Counted from the first letter of the stretch, positions 48,013 through 58,235 are shown. The stretch: DNA of 64,000 bases from an uncultured Candidatus Saccharibacteria bacterium (GCA_964446625.1 CAYUPH010000004.1:7838-71837); one strand, 5' to 3'. Notes: generated by a model not told the origin, from the letters alone. A program made the numbers and translations.

Positions 48013-48423
48013 CTAATTAGGTCCGGATACCTTAAAGTTATTTGTAGAGTCCCCTGTCGAACAAGACTCGGTATTCGCACTGCTCGCAAGCTCCATTGTG
48101 ACTCCAATACAATACTTTCTTGTACCACTATTAAAGGTATATCCAAAAGGTTTACTGTCCTTTGGGTCTACCGGCGCCTCTTTTAGATAGTCTGGAACAA
48201 GTTCTGAGAGAGTATTTGGCCAAGATGACGCGTCGTCGATGTGCTCCTCGTGGTAGAGGTTAAGTGCATCTTCTACATCACGGAGTTTTGCGAGCCGAAC
48301 TCCGTCACGCGTTTTTGGTTTGCTGTCTCCAAGAGAATTTATAATAACCGCCGAAAAAATTCCGATTATTCCGATTGTGACAATAAGCTCAATTAGAGTG
48401 AAACCGCGCTTCATATTTAACAC
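48013..48423 (-). CDS. type IV pilin-like protein
   Basis: 136 aa; MKRGFTLIELIVTIGIIGIFSAVI. Confidence 0.8.
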   Translation of the reverse strand: MLNMKRGFTLIELIVTIGIIGIFSAVIINSLGDSKPKTRDGVRLAKLRDVEDALNLYHEEHIDDASSWPNTLSELVPDYLKEAPVDPKDSKPFGYTFNSGTRKYCIGVTMELASSANTESCSTGDSTNNFKVSGPN

Positions 48424-48812
48424 CCTGGAACTGGAAAACTTACTCCTGTCAGTCCAATGTCTGCTGTACAGGCTGTTGTTCCATCGCTTCCTACCGCTCC
48501 GTTTGTTGCCGTAAGGTTTACTGCAAAGTTTGTTTCTGGTCCGCTACAGTTTAGTAAAATCGTATCTTCGTTAAAAGCATATGTTGTCGCGTTTGAAGGA
48601 AAGTCAGCAGATGAAAGAGTGCTTCCGCTGTCGCATTTTGCAATAAGTGCTGGAGTAAGACCATCTACCTCAGATCTAAAAGCAGCTCGAAGTGCCTTAT
48701 TTCGCTGAGAGGATACACTCGCCGTAACCACTGCCGCAAAAATACCAACAATTGCAATCACAACCAGAAGTTCAATTAAAGTAAAACCAAATGAGAAATT
48801 ATTTTTTTTCAT
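48417..48812 (-). CDS. type IV pilin-like protein (start reassigned to internal Met: MKKNNFSFGFTLIELLVV...)
   Basis: Track ORF extends to 48896 through the upstream terminator; the class-III leader begins at Met29 (48812). Confidence 0.75.
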   Translation of the reverse strand: MKKNNFSFGFTLIELLVVIAIVGIFAAVVTASVSSQRNKALRAAFRSEVDGLTPALIAKCDSGSTLSSADFPSNATTYAFNEDTILLNCSGPETNFAVNLTATNGAVGSDGTTACTADIGLTGVSFPVPGC

Positions 48813-48880
48813 AAAATTAGTAAAATTATTTTTAAAAGACCTTTTTATCATATCAAATAGATAGTAAAAGTTCTCCCCAA

Positions 48881-48911
48881 ACAAAAAAACCGCCAAAGGG
48901 CGGTTTTTTTG
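48881..48911 (-). terminator. strong symmetric terminator/attenuator immediately after the first pilin gene (CCGCC-aaag-GGCGG flanked by A9 and T8)
   Basis: aaaaaaaccgccaaagggcggttttttt 20 nt downstream of the stop of 48931..49311. Confidence 0.75.
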
Positions 48912-48930
48912 TTTCTTTAGATAGAAGTAC

Positions 48931-49311
48931 TTAGCAACCTGTTGTATAAGTTACCCCTGTCTGTGTTACAGTAGCAACACATGTTGTTCCTCCTGAAGTT
49001 GCAGCACCGTTACTTGCTGTAATTGCAACTGAAAATGTACCGTCAGTATCACAGTCAGAATCAGCTCCGGATGGGAATGCTGTGAGTGCATCATAACTGC
49101 TTCCTCCAGGAAAATCTGAAGTCGCCAAATCTGCAGAATCACATTTTGTGATTAGAGATGGTACAAGAGAAGCTGTCTCTGCCTTGAAAGCTGCTACTTT
49201 AGCCTTTGTTCTTGTGGGACCTAGAGAAACTAGAACCACGCCAGAAAGGATTCCGATAATAGCAATCACAACGAGAAGCTCGATGAGTGTAAAACCTTTT
49301 TTTGTTGACAT
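48931..49311 (-). CDS. pilA: type IV major pilin candidate
   Basis: 126 aa; MSTKKGFTLIELLVVIAIIGILSGVV; followed by attenuator-like terminator (typical of major pilin genes). Confidence 0.75.
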   Translation of the reverse strand: MSTKKGFTLIELLVVIAIIGILSGVVLVSLGPTRTKAKVAAFKAETASLVPSLITKCDSADLATSDFPGGSSYDALTAFPSGADSDCDTDGTFSVAITASNGAATSGGTTCVATVTQTGVTYTTGC

Positions 49312-49499
49312 GAATTAATTTGTTAACTTTTTTCTAATAATAATCAATTGATTATGCCTTCTTTGTTTTTAAGTCCCCCAGAAGACGGAGAAAAGACTAG
49401 ATATTCGACCGCTTAATTTATTTAAAGCTTTAATTTAATTATAACAAAGTAAGGGGCGCCTCAAAGCGCCCCTGTGGAAAACTCTTTGTCTTCCCCTTC

Positions 49500-50705
49500 T
49501 TAAATTGATGAAGAAATGTTGTAGATAGGAATAAGAACCGACGCAAGAAGGAATGCAACACCAAGACCAAGGGACACAATCATCACCGGCTCGATAAGGT
49601 CAACAAGAGTATCCACTGCGTTCACAACCTCTCTTTGGTAGAACTTTGCAAGTGTTGAAAGAATATTTCCAAGCTCTCCTGTCTCTTCTCCAATTCGCGC
49701 CATCTGCACCATAATAGAAGGAATTTCTGGATAACGAGAGAACGCATCTGAAAGCGAACTACCTCCTTTTACAAGTTCAAGAGATTCTTTGAGAACATCT
49801 TCGTAAATTTTGTTGTCTACCACTTCTGCTGTTAGTTCAAGTACTTTTACCATTGGAATTCCTGATACAAGCATTGTATTCATGTTATCCGCAATTCGTG
49901 AGAGGTAAAGTCTTCGGAAAAGCGTTCCTACATATGGAATTCCAAGTTTTACTTCTGCCATTACCTTGCTTCCCTTCTCTCCTCTCGATATGTACCACAC
50001 ATACACCCCAGCAGCGAGAACAACCGCGAGGAAAATAAATCCGTAATCTTTTAGAAAATCACTGATACCAATAACTACTCGTGTGTAAATCGGTATCTCC
50101 TGTCCTGATTCTTTGATAATGACTGTGATCTTTGGAATTACAACTGTGAGCATAAGCGACATCACCACAATAAAAGTAAGTACCACAAACGCTGGGTAGA
50201 TGAGTGCGTTTCGTGCCTTACTTGTCACTGCGTAGTTTCGGTCAAGGTAGTCTGCGAGATACATAAATGTCTCATCGAGTTTTCCTGATTCTTCTCCTGC
50301 CCTAACCATGTTGACATAAAAAGGAGAAAATACTTTCGGATGCTTAGCCATCGCTTTGGAGATAGTCGCTCCTCCTTGAATATCGTCAGCAATTTCTGTT
50401 AGTTTTCTTCCGAGAACTTTGTTTTCAGTTTCTGTTGAGAGGAGTCTAAAAATTCGCAGTGCCGATACTTGGGCAGAGAAAAGAGTTGCGACTTGTCTTG
50501 AGAGGATAACAACATCTTTGTTTGAGACGTGGTCAAAAATCTTGAGGTTTCGATTGAGGCCTCCTCCCTCTTCTGCAAGAAAAATATTTTCAATTACAAA
50601 ACCTCGCTTTTGAAGCGCGTTAATAGCGGCGTCCTGACTTATTGCGTCAATTGTTCCTGAAACCTCCTGACTTGTTTCATTGATGGCCTTGTAATTAAAA
50701 AGCAT
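49500..50705 (-). CDS. pilC: type IV pilus assembly platform protein PilC (T2SS-F domain x2)
   Basis: 401 aa; duplicated GspF domains, 3 TM. Confidence 0.9.
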   Translation of the reverse strand: MLFNYKAINETSQEVSGTIDAISQDAAINALQKRGFVIENIFLAEEGGGLNRNLKIFDHVSNKDVVILSRQVATLFSAQVSALRIFRLLSTETENKVLGRKLTEIADDIQGGATISKAMAKHPKVFSPFYVNMVRAGEESGKLDETFMYLADYLDRNYAVTSKARNALIYPAFVVLTFIVVMSLMLTVVIPKITVIIKESGQEIPIYTRVVIGISDFLKDYGFIFLAVVLAAGVYVWYISRGEKGSKVMAEVKLGIPYVGTLFRRLYLSRIADNMNTMLVSGIPMVKVLELTAEVVDNKIYEDVLKESLELVKGGSSLSDAFSRYPEIPSIMVQMARIGEETGELGNILSTLAKFYQREVVNAVDTLVDLIEPVMIVSLGLGVAFLLASVLIPIYNISSSI

Positions 50706-50712
50706 TTTATTT

Positions 50713-51807
50713 TTACATTAGTCGCTCGAGCATCTTTGGGTTGATTGCAAATCGGTGCGCGTTTTCGATTGAAATTTCTCCTGCTCGCACAAGTTCAGCG
50801 AGGTATCGGTTCATATCAATCATTCCTGCTTCAGAACTTGTTTCGATTACAGTATTGATTTCGTGAACTCTTTTTTCTCGAATAAGGTTTGATACCGCTG
50901 AGTTTACAATAAGAAGCTCAAAAGCTGGGATTCGTCCGCCTGAAACTCTTGGAATAAGCCTTTGTGAAAAGACTCCAATAAGCGACGACGAAAGCTGAAT
51001 TCGAATTTGATCTTGCTGTCCTGGCGGGAACGAGTCAATAATTCGGTCAATTGTTTGTGATGCGTTGTTTGTGTGTAGTGTTGAGAAAACAAGGTGACCT
51101 GTCTCTGCGGCAGTTACAGCAGCTGCCATCGTCTCTGCGTTTCTCATTTCCCCTAGAAGGATTACATTCACATCTTCTCGAAGCACCGAAGTAAGCGCCT
51201 TTTCAAAATCTTCTGTGTCGGTGTGCACTTCTCGCTGATCAATAATTGATTTTTTTTGTTCGTAAATATACTCGATTGGGTCCTCGATTGTGATGATGTG
51301 CTCCGCTCTCTCTTGGTTAATGAGCTCAATCATAGAGGCAAGCGTTGTAGTCTTTCCTTGTCCCACTGGCCCAACCACAAGAAAGAATCCTTGTTTTTTT
51401 CGTGCAAATTCTGCAAGGATAGACGGAAGCTTTAGGTCCTCAAGAGTTTTAATTTGCTTTGGAATTAGACGAAGCGCAATAGATACATGGCCCTGCTGAA
51501 AATATGCGTTTCCTCGAAACCTAGCTCGTCCTTCATGATCGTATGAAAAGTCAGCTTCTTTGGTTGCGTAAAAAGCTTTTTTTCCTGCCTCATGAATAAG
51601 AAGTGTCAGGAGCGCATCTGTATCCTCTTTTTTTAACTCATCTTTTTTCATAAGAGGAAGAAGTGATCCGTTCACACGAATCGTCGGCTTTCGTCCTTCT
51701 GAAAGATGCAAATCAGAAGCACCTTCTTTTATGACGATGTCGAAGAGATCTTTTAGTTCTGCAGCATAGTCGAGAATTGCCATACTATTTTCCTGCTTCC
51801 GCAGCAA
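50713..51807 (-). CDS. pilT: type IV pilus retraction ATPase PilT
   Basis: 364 aa; Walker A GPVGQGKTTT, Asp box, Walker B, His box; PilT-size. Confidence 0.85.
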   Translation of the reverse strand: MLRKQENSMAILDYAAELKDLFDIVIKEGASDLHLSEGRKPTIRVNGSLLPLMKKDELKKEDTDALLTLLIHEAGKKAFYATKEADFSYDHEGRARFRGNAYFQQGHVSIALRLIPKQIKTLEDLKLPSILAEFARKKQGFFLVVGPVGQGKTTTLASMIELINQERAEHIITIEDPIEYIYEQKKSIIDQREVHTDTEDFEKALTSVLREDVNVILLGEMRNAETMAAAVTAAETGHLVFSTLHTNNASQTIDRIIDSFPPGQQDQIRIQLSSSLIGVFSQRLIPRVSGGRIPAFELLIVNSAVSNLIREKRVHEINTVIETSSEAGMIDMNRYLAELVRAGEISIENAHRFAINPKMLERLM

Positions 51808-52177
51808 TCTTAAGAACTTCTTTTAATACTTCAGATGGAATTGTTGTCGCTTTTACAATATATCCGTTTATACCAAACGCTTTTGCTCTATCAATATCGC
51901 TCTGCTGTCCTTGGTTTGAAAGAATTACCACAACCGCTTCAGGAGCAAGTTTGTCTTGTCTAATTTTTTCAAGGAGTTCCACACCATCCATCCCAGGCAT
52001 AACCACGTCCAGAATAATAATGTCTGGCTTCTCTCCTGCCTTTAATTTTTCGTACGCTTCTCTTGGATCGCTTACACCAGTCACCTGCATTCCTTCCTTT
52101 GTAAATTTCATGGTGTACATGTTAAGAAGGAACTTGTCGTCGTCTACTATGAAGATACTGTATTTTTTGTTTTCCAT
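51785..52177 (-). CDS. single-domain response regulator receiver embedded in pilus operon
   Basis: 130 aa; SIFIVDDD...IIILDVVMPGMDGVELL...VVVILSN...GINGYIVKA. Confidence 0.85.
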   Translation of the reverse strand: MENKKYSIFIVDDDKFLLNMYTMKFTKEGMQVTGVSDPREAYEKLKAGEKPDIIILDVVMPGMDGVELLEKIRQDKLAPEAVVVILSNQGQQSDIDRAKAFGINGYIVKATTIPSEVLKEVLKIAAEAGK

Positions 52178-52208
52178 ATTTTAATTATACAACTTTTTAA
52201 TTTGCAAT

Positions 52209-53930
52209 CTATGCCAAACTGTTTATTTCTTCAAAAGGAATCTCATGTTTAAGCGCTTTAATGATTGCATCTTCTTTCATAGTTGTCATACCGTCTTTTC
52301 GAACAATCTTCCAAATCTCATCTCCACTTGGTTTAGTGAGGATAACCCGCTCAAGGTCTTTTGTCGTTTTAAATACTTCAAATACTCCCATTCGTCCCCT
52401 TGTTCCCTTTGGACACTCTGCCGAAGAAACCGCCTGAAGGACAGTGTCCGCGCTTGGAACTTCTTTTTTGTATTCATCAGGAAGATCAGCAAACTGCTTA
52501 TCTATCATTGCCTTTAGGCTTCCCTCAACAGGCATTGGATTTCCTTCCCCACAAATTTTTGATACAAGTCTCTGCGCCATTGTAAGCACAAGAGTTGGCG
52601 CAATTAGGTAAGGATCAACTCCCATGTCTACAAGTCGAGGAATCACACCTACTGCATCGTTGGTGTGGATTGTTGAAAGTACAAGGTGACCCGTAAGGGC
52701 TGCTTGAACCGCAAGCTGAGCCGTTTCTTTGTCTCGAATCTCTCCCACCATGATCACATCAGGGTCCTGACGAAGTGTGGTACGAAGTCCGTTTGCAAAT
52801 GTGTACCCAATCTCTGGGTGCACTTGTGACTGGCTAATTCCTTCCACGTTGTACTCAACCGGGTCTTCTAGTGAAAGAACATTCATTGATTCTTTATCGA
52901 GCTCAGCCAACATCGCATAGAGCGTTGTTGTTTTTCCAGAACCCGTTGGTCCAGAAATAAGAATCATACCGTAAGGCTTTTTGATTGCCTCACGAATGAG
53001 TGCGAGGTCGCGTGGACGAAGATCAAGAGAATCTAGATTCTTTACTCCTTTTGTTTGATCAAGAATTCGCATTACCACCTTTTCTCCGTAGTATGTAGGA
53101 AAAGTAGACACACGAAAATCAACTTTCTTTCCTTCGATTTTTGCAGAAAATCTTCCGTCTTGAGGTTTTCTTTTTTCGTCGAGTTTCATGTTGCAAAGAA
53201 TTTTGATACGAGCAACAACAGCATTCAACACTTTGATTGGAAGTATGAGTGAAGTGTGAAGCGCTCCATCAAGTCGAAATCGAACACGAACCTTCTCCGC
53301 CATCGGTTCAATATGTACGTCCGACGCCTCTCCTTCAATAGCGTACCGAAGAATTGTTGCAACAATTTTTGTTACCGGCGCATCTTCGATAATGTTTGTC
53401 TGATTGATTTTAGTTGAAATATCTTCAACCGCAGTGTTTGCGAGAGCCTGCTCTTCTTCTGTAAGGTCTGACTCAAGGTCGCCAAGTGCTTTTGTTACCT
53501 CAACAGAGAGTCCTTTGTATGACTCCAGTACTTTTCCAAAATCCTCTTCTGTAATTACAAAAAGTTTGTAAGGAATATTGTTCTTCGAAGAGATAAAAGT
53601 CATTGCATTACGCGCGTCTAGGTTTTCTGGGTCAACAATTCCCACATGAAGTACACCGTCCTCTAGTGAGAGTGGAACTACTTTGTAGTAGACAGCCGAC
53701 TCCTCTGGAACATAATTTAGTATCTCGTTTGGAACAGTCTTAGTTCCTAGAGAGATTGATGGTATTCCTGTTCCAGCAGATTTTGCCTCAAGAATATCTT
53801 TACCCGAAATCCCTCTTCGAACAAGAATAGTTTCAAGACTCTCTCCTGATTCACTCGCCTCAGCAATAATCGAATCAGCATCGACTCGTGGTATGAGGTC
53901 TTTTTCAATTAGTGAGTCGAGAAGTCTCAT
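52209..53930 (-). CDS. pilB: type IV pilus assembly ATPase PilB (GspE family with N-terminal T2SSE_N domain)
   Basis: 573 aa; Walker A GPTGSGKTTT, tetracysteine-like region reduced, His box. Confidence 0.9.
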   Translation of the reverse strand: MRLLDSLIEKDLIPRVDADSIIAEASESGESLETILVRRGISGKDILEAKSAGTGIPSISLGTKTVPNEILNYVPEESAVYYKVVPLSLEDGVLHVGIVDPENLDARNAMTFISSKNNIPYKLFVITEEDFGKVLESYKGLSVEVTKALGDLESDLTEEEQALANTAVEDISTKINQTNIIEDAPVTKIVATILRYAIEGEASDVHIEPMAEKVRVRFRLDGALHTSLILPIKVLNAVVARIKILCNMKLDEKRKPQDGRFSAKIEGKKVDFRVSTFPTYYGEKVVMRILDQTKGVKNLDSLDLRPRDLALIREAIKKPYGMILISGPTGSGKTTTLYAMLAELDKESMNVLSLEDPVEYNVEGISQSQVHPEIGYTFANGLRTTLRQDPDVIMVGEIRDKETAQLAVQAALTGHLVLSTIHTNDAVGVIPRLVDMGVDPYLIAPTLVLTMAQRLVSKICGEGNPMPVEGSLKAMIDKQFADLPDEYKKEVPSADTVLQAVSSAECPKGTRGRMGVFEVFKTTKDLERVILTKPSGDEIWKIVRKDGMTTMKEDAIIKALKHEIPFEEINSLA

Positions 53931-53932
53931 GG

Positions 53933-54367
53933 TTATTTTGTAGTTGTTTTAGGTGCAGGTGTTTGAGACGTAGGCGAAGCGGTTTGAGAACCTGGAGCAG
54001 GAACTTCCTCTTCAAAACCAAGCTGTTCTACACTTGAACCAACAGAACCCTGCAGATCTCCTCCGAAAGGATTGTCTCGTCCTTTGTCTTCTTTTTCAAT
54101 TTTTTGTGAAAAGTCCACAAGACTTCGAAACACAGGGTCACTAAAAGAAAACTTGTCTTTAAAGTTTACACGTCTAAGGAGTGCAACAAGTCCAACCAAG
54201 TCTCGATATTCGTTTTTTACTCCAACCCCGGTAGAAGCGCCTGAAGTTGAAACCTTCTTCAAGCTTTCATCAGTATTTTCTGCAGGTTTCTTTAGGAACA
54301 TAGAATAACCTACAAAAGCGATGATGAGGGCAAAGAGTATAATGAGTGGAATTTTAAGTTTTTGCAT
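53933..54367 (-). CDS. membrane-anchored pilus-cluster protein, possible PilP analogue
   Basis: 144 aa; N-terminal TM, Pro/Thr-rich C-terminus; positioned where pilP normally sits. Confidence 0.45.
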   Translation of the reverse strand: MQKLKIPLIILFALIIAFVGYSMFLKKPAENTDESLKKVSTSGASTGVGVKNEYRDLVGLVALLRRVNFKDKFSFSDPVFRSLVDFSQKIEKEDKGRDNPFGGDLQGSVGSSVEQLGFEEEVPAPGSQTASPTSQTPAPKTTTK

Positions 54368-54376
54368 GTCTCTAGT

Positions 54377-54916
54377 TTATTGCTTTAACCAATATGTTTT
54401 GATTGTAACAGAAAAATCGTATGAATTATTTTGTGCTGCCTTAAATGAAAGATTTGTGACATCAACAATTCGAAGGCTCTGTTCTGCTTCTTTGAGGAAC
54501 TCAACAAAGCTTCCATAAGAAGATGTCACCTGGAAAGAAACAAGAATAGAACCGTATGCTTTCTTTGTAGGGTTTATGTTCTTGCTCGCTGTACTACTCT
54601 CTTCATCAATTTTAATTTTCTTGAGCTTCATACCGTGCTTGCTTGCAATACCGTTTAAATCAAGAACAAGCTGTACATTGTCCACATGATCTGGAAGAAG
54701 TTTTTCTAGAGAATCAAGATCATCTGGCTTAAAAGTTTTAAAATCATCCGCAAGATCAGATCGCCTTGCAAGAACATCTTGGGACTGTGCAAGTGTGTCT
54801 TGTAAACTTTTAACCTCCTCTTTCTGAGTTTTGATTTCTTGGTATTTTGGGTTAATAGCAAAGTAAAAGAGGCCTCCTGACACTACTATTAAAATGATTG
54901 CAACTACTCCTTTCAT
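54377..54916 (-). CDS. pilO: PilO-like type IV pilus assembly protein
   Basis: 179 aa; N-terminal TM + coiled coil + ferredoxin-like ectodomain arrangement. Confidence 0.7.
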   Translation of the reverse strand: MKGVVAIILIVVSGGLFYFAINPKYQEIKTQKEEVKSLQDTLAQSQDVLARRSDLADDFKTFKPDDLDSLEKLLPDHVDNVQLVLDLNGIASKHGMKLKKIKIDEESSTASKNINPTKKAYGSILVSFQVTSSYGSFVEFLKEAEQSLRIVDVTNLSFKAAQNNSYDFSVTIKTYWLKQ

Positions 54917-54917
54917 A

Positions 54918-55658
54918 TTATCTTGTTTGATTTACGTTTATATTTCCACTTTGTGTTCCCGTACTCGGTGCAACTGCACCTGCGCTTTGAGGTGAATCTT
55001 CTGATTCTGGAATGACAGGAGCTGTTTGCCCAGTCTGAGTTGGTGCAGTTTGAATATCTGAGGCCGACCTTTTTTGAGACTTGTAGTACACAAAGTCAGG
55101 TTTTATTTTTGTTGAAAAAGTGAAAACAACATTTCCTTTATCATTTAGATCAAGATTAGAAAAGATAGGATCAATCAGTCGTCGATTTTGTCCAAAAACA
55201 ACAGACTGGTACGCAACTGCGTTGTAACCCGACGCAATACCAGACATGCTAACGTTTGCTCCTGCTGGATCAAAACTGTACTCGTACTTGAAGTCATTGA
55301 AACGTACGCTCTTTAGAGTTTCTCTTTGAAGAAAGTCGAGGAATGCAGAGGCTGCTGTGTGGTTTTGTAGAAGCTCACTTGCAGTATCCATTCGAAGATC
55401 AAGCCTTGCATAGCTCCTGATTGTATCTTCTTCAAATGCTTTTATGTTTTTGTCGATATTTACTTTTATGTCTGCAATTTGCTTGTCTATAAAAGCTTTG
55501 TAACCAATGCACCCTGCAAAAATAACAAGTGTAAAGATAAAAATCAAAATACAAAGAGACAACAAAAGTCCCGCTGGCGAGCGCCTTGGTCTCGCAGGTC
55601 GAACGTCCGCATCTATTCCAGCTTTGGGTATAAAAGATGTTTGAAACTTCGTCTCCAT
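54918..55658 (-). CDS. pilN: PilN-like type IV pilus assembly protein
   Basis: 246 aa; short cytoplasmic N-tail, TM AGLLLSLCILIFIFTLVIFAG, ectodomain. Confidence 0.65.
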   Translation of the reverse strand: METKFQTSFIPKAGIDADVRPARPRRSPAGLLLSLCILIFIFTLVIFAGCIGYKAFIDKQIADIKVNIDKNIKAFEEDTIRSYARLDLRMDTASELLQNHTAASAFLDFLQRETLKSVRFNDFKYEYSFDPAGANVSMSGIASGYNAVAYQSVVFGQNRRLIDPIFSNLDLNDKGNVVFTFSTKIKPDFVYYKSQKRSASDIQTAPTQTGQTAPVIPESEDSPQSAGAVAPSTGTQSGNINVNQTR

Positions 55659-55779
55659 CCTTAAAATAATTTATCTAAAGTGTGCTAAAACTCACATTCT
55701 GCGACAAAGTCGCATACTTCTACTCTATTTTACAACAAACCACACGAAAAAGAATAGTGGAGAACTTTTTGTAGTCTAA

Positions 55780-56901
55780 TTAATCAAACTCCTGAAGCTT
55801 TCGGAGTGCAATTCCTACCGCCACTGCAAAATCGAGACCTGATTCTTTTAGAATCGGACGAAGGAACGCAGGAGTTTCCACTTTTGAAAAAGGGTCACCA
55901 ATAACAACTTCACCAGGAAGGCGTGCTTTTGCAAGATCAACAAAGCCTTTCATTCCTGCTCCCCCTCCAGTTAAGATTACTTTTCCAATATTTTTGCCGT
56001 ATTTCTTTTCGTACGCAAGAAGAAAACTCTCTGCTTCAGAAAATATAAAATCAATCGGTAGCGAAATAATATCAAGCACAGCTTTCTCTTCATCACTTCC
56101 ATCTCCTTTTAGATTTCGTTTTATTTTTTCTGCCTTTTCTGGTGGAACCTGGAGCCCTCCTGCAATTGCCAGTGTAAAATCCTGAGACCCCTTGTTTATG
56201 ACATGAGATTTTCGAATAATTCCTCTATCTACTATATATAGTTTTGCAACAGCGGCTCCTAGGTCCATTATCATGACGGGGTGAGCTTCTCTATCGACAA
56301 GTGAGCGGATTGCCGCAAACATTTCAATTTCAAAAAAACTTGTATCCACCATACTTCCCCGCACAACAGACGAATAGTTTTGAAGAACTTCGTTGTGAAT
56401 AGACACAACAAGGACCTCTGTCTTCTCTGGGCCTGCTGCCGCAATTCTTTTTTGAAGTGGCACTTCAAAATCAAAAGACTTGTCTTCTTCTTTTGGAATT
56501 ACCCACCAATCAAGAGCTACCTCACTAATTGGCACCGGAATATATTTTCGAGCTTCAATAGGAATCATCTCCCTGAGCTTTTCTTCGGAAAGTGCTGGCA
56601 TTTCAATAAGAGTCACAAGACTTGAACGCATTGGTATCGCAACACCAGCATGTGAAGTTGTCACATTTGCTTCTTTTATTAAATCTTTTACTACTTCTGC
56701 AATTTTTTCGGGGGGAAGGTTTGTTGCTTGTCCGATTGTAAGTCCAGCGTATGGACCAAGCGCAAGACTTCCGTAAGTTTTGAGAATCGCTTTCCCTTTT
56801 ACTTTTGCAAGCTGAACAACCTTAATCGCCGAAGAGCCGATATCAAGTCCTATGACATTTGTATCTGACTTTGAAAAAAAATTTTTAAAGGGATTGTCCA
56901 T
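55780..56901 (-). CDS. pilM: PilM (actin-like ATPase of the pilus inner-membrane platform)
   Basis: 373 aa; VIGLDIGSSAIKVVQL, ...GGGAGMKGF: actin/HSP70-fold landmarks. Confidence 0.85.
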   Translation of the reverse strand: MDNPFKNFFSKSDTNVIGLDIGSSAIKVVQLAKVKGKAILKTYGSLALGPYAGLTIGQATNLPPEKIAEVVKDLIKEANVTTSHAGVAIPMRSSLVTLIEMPALSEEKLREMIPIEARKYIPVPISEVALDWWVIPKEEDKSFDFEVPLQKRIAAAGPEKTEVLVVSIHNEVLQNYSSVVRGSMVDTSFFEIEMFAAIRSLVDREAHPVMIMDLGAAVAKLYIVDRGIIRKSHVINKGSQDFTLAIAGGLQVPPEKAEKIKRNLKGDGSDEEKAVLDIISLPIDFIFSEAESFLLAYEKKYGKNIGKVILTGGGAGMKGFVDLAKARLPGEVVIGDPFSKVETPAFLRPILKESGLDFAVAVGIALRKLQEFD

Positions 56902-56939
56902 ACTCGAAAACGTTTTGGCTATAGTATATCATATAAGGC

Positions 56940-57596
56940 ATGATAAAAGGTATTGTTTCTCGTAGTGTAAGGAAGTTTATTTTTGAATTTTTCTCTCTTT
57001 TCGAAGAAAATGCGCGCGGAGCCCATGGAACAGATGTTTTACTGAACGTTTTGTGGGAAAAATACATAAGACAAATGCAAATTGCAGAAAACATATTTGC
57101 ATTCCTCCCCTACGAAGAAGGAAAAGTGCGGAGCGCAATCCTCCAGATTAAAACAACAGGAAACCCGCTCATTATAGAAAATATTGTGAAAGAAATCTGG
57201 AGCGCATTTCTCCCTGAAGTGTCTCGTCTTACTGAGCTTTATGGTTTTTCTCCTAGCATTGTTCCAATTCCTCTTTACATAGGAAAACAAAAAGAAAAAG
57301 GATTTAATCATGCCGAGAAAATTGCCGAGGCTTTTTCTAATGTTTCCCACTACCCCCTTCTTACACATGTAGTTACAAAAAACCGAGATACAAAGAGACA
57401 ACATGACTTGTCCAAAAAAGAGCGCGAGTGGAATTTAAAAGACGCATTTTCTGTCACAGAAAATGCAAACATAGAAGGAAAGGATTTTCTACTTATTGAT
57501 GATGTGACCACAACTGGCGAAACAATGCTCGAGGTACTCTACACACTCCGCCGCGCTGGCGCGCGGCTTGTCGTCGGGGTTGCGCTCGCGCATTAG
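56940..57596 (+). CDS. comFC: ComF-family protein (phosphoribosyltransferase domain)
   Basis: 218 aa; PRTase motif DFLLIDDVTTTGETM; divergent from pilM. Confidence 0.7.
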   Translation: MIKGIVSRSVRKFIFEFFSLFEENARGAHGTDVLLNVLWEKYIRQMQIAENIFAFLPYEEGKVRSAILQIKTTGNPLIIENIVKEIWSAFLPEVSRLTELYGFSPSIVPIPLYIGKQKEKGFNHAEKIAEAFSNVSHYPLLTHVVTKNRDTKRQHDLSKKEREWNLKDAFSVTENANIEGKDFLLIDDVTTTGETMLEVLYTLRRAGARLVVGVALAH

Positions 57597-57620
57597 GTAA
57601 TTGCTCTAAAGCAAGGGGTT

Positions 57621-58235
57621 TTATTCCCCTTTTCTTGCAATCACCTGAATCCAATTAACTCGTCCCGAAGTAGTCACACTTTTCCAAACCACTTCTATTC
57701 CTGCTTTTTCTAAATAATTTTCCATTTCCGGCAAAGTAAAATAACTAAAAAATCTTTCATACTCATAACCATAATCATTTTCTTTTTTTACCTCTTCCGC
57801 GCTTTGCCGTTCGCGTATTTCCTTAACTGCAATATACAAAAACCCCTCGCGAGCAACTTTGTCTTTAAGTTTTTGAATTACTTCCCCAATTCTATTTTTA
57901 GGAATATGCAGGAGAACCGCTTGTGCAAACACACCATCAAAAGTTTTTTCTATTTGTGGGAGATTGTAAATATCCAAGACTTCAAAGTCCGCGCTAAGCA
58001 CTTCTTCCTTTGCAATTTGAATCATGCTTTCAGAAAAGTCGATTCCCGCTACTTTATAGCCCTTATCTAAAATGTATTTACTTTTTGTACCCTCTCCACA
58101 CCCAACATCCAAAATCTCCGAACCTTTTTCCAAAAGAGAAAGAAACTTTTCTGTTCCCTCAATCCACCATGTATCTTTCTGGTGGTCTCGGTGCCAATCC
58201 TTTGCGATTTTGTTGTAGGTATCCCTTAGGTTCAT
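57621..58235 (-). CDS. class I SAM-dependent methyltransferase
   Basis: 204 aa; ILDVGCGEGTKS motif I. Confidence 0.8.
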   Translation of the reverse strand: MNLRDTYNKIAKDWHRDHQKDTWWIEGTEKFLSLLEKGSEILDVGCGEGTKSKYILDKGYKVAGIDFSESMIQIAKEEVLSADFEVLDIYNLPQIEKTFDGVFAQAVLLHIPKNRIGEVIQKLKDKVAREGFLYIAVKEIRERQSAEEVKKENDYGYEYERFFSYFTLPEMENYLEKAGIEVVWKSVTTSGRVNWIQVIARKGE

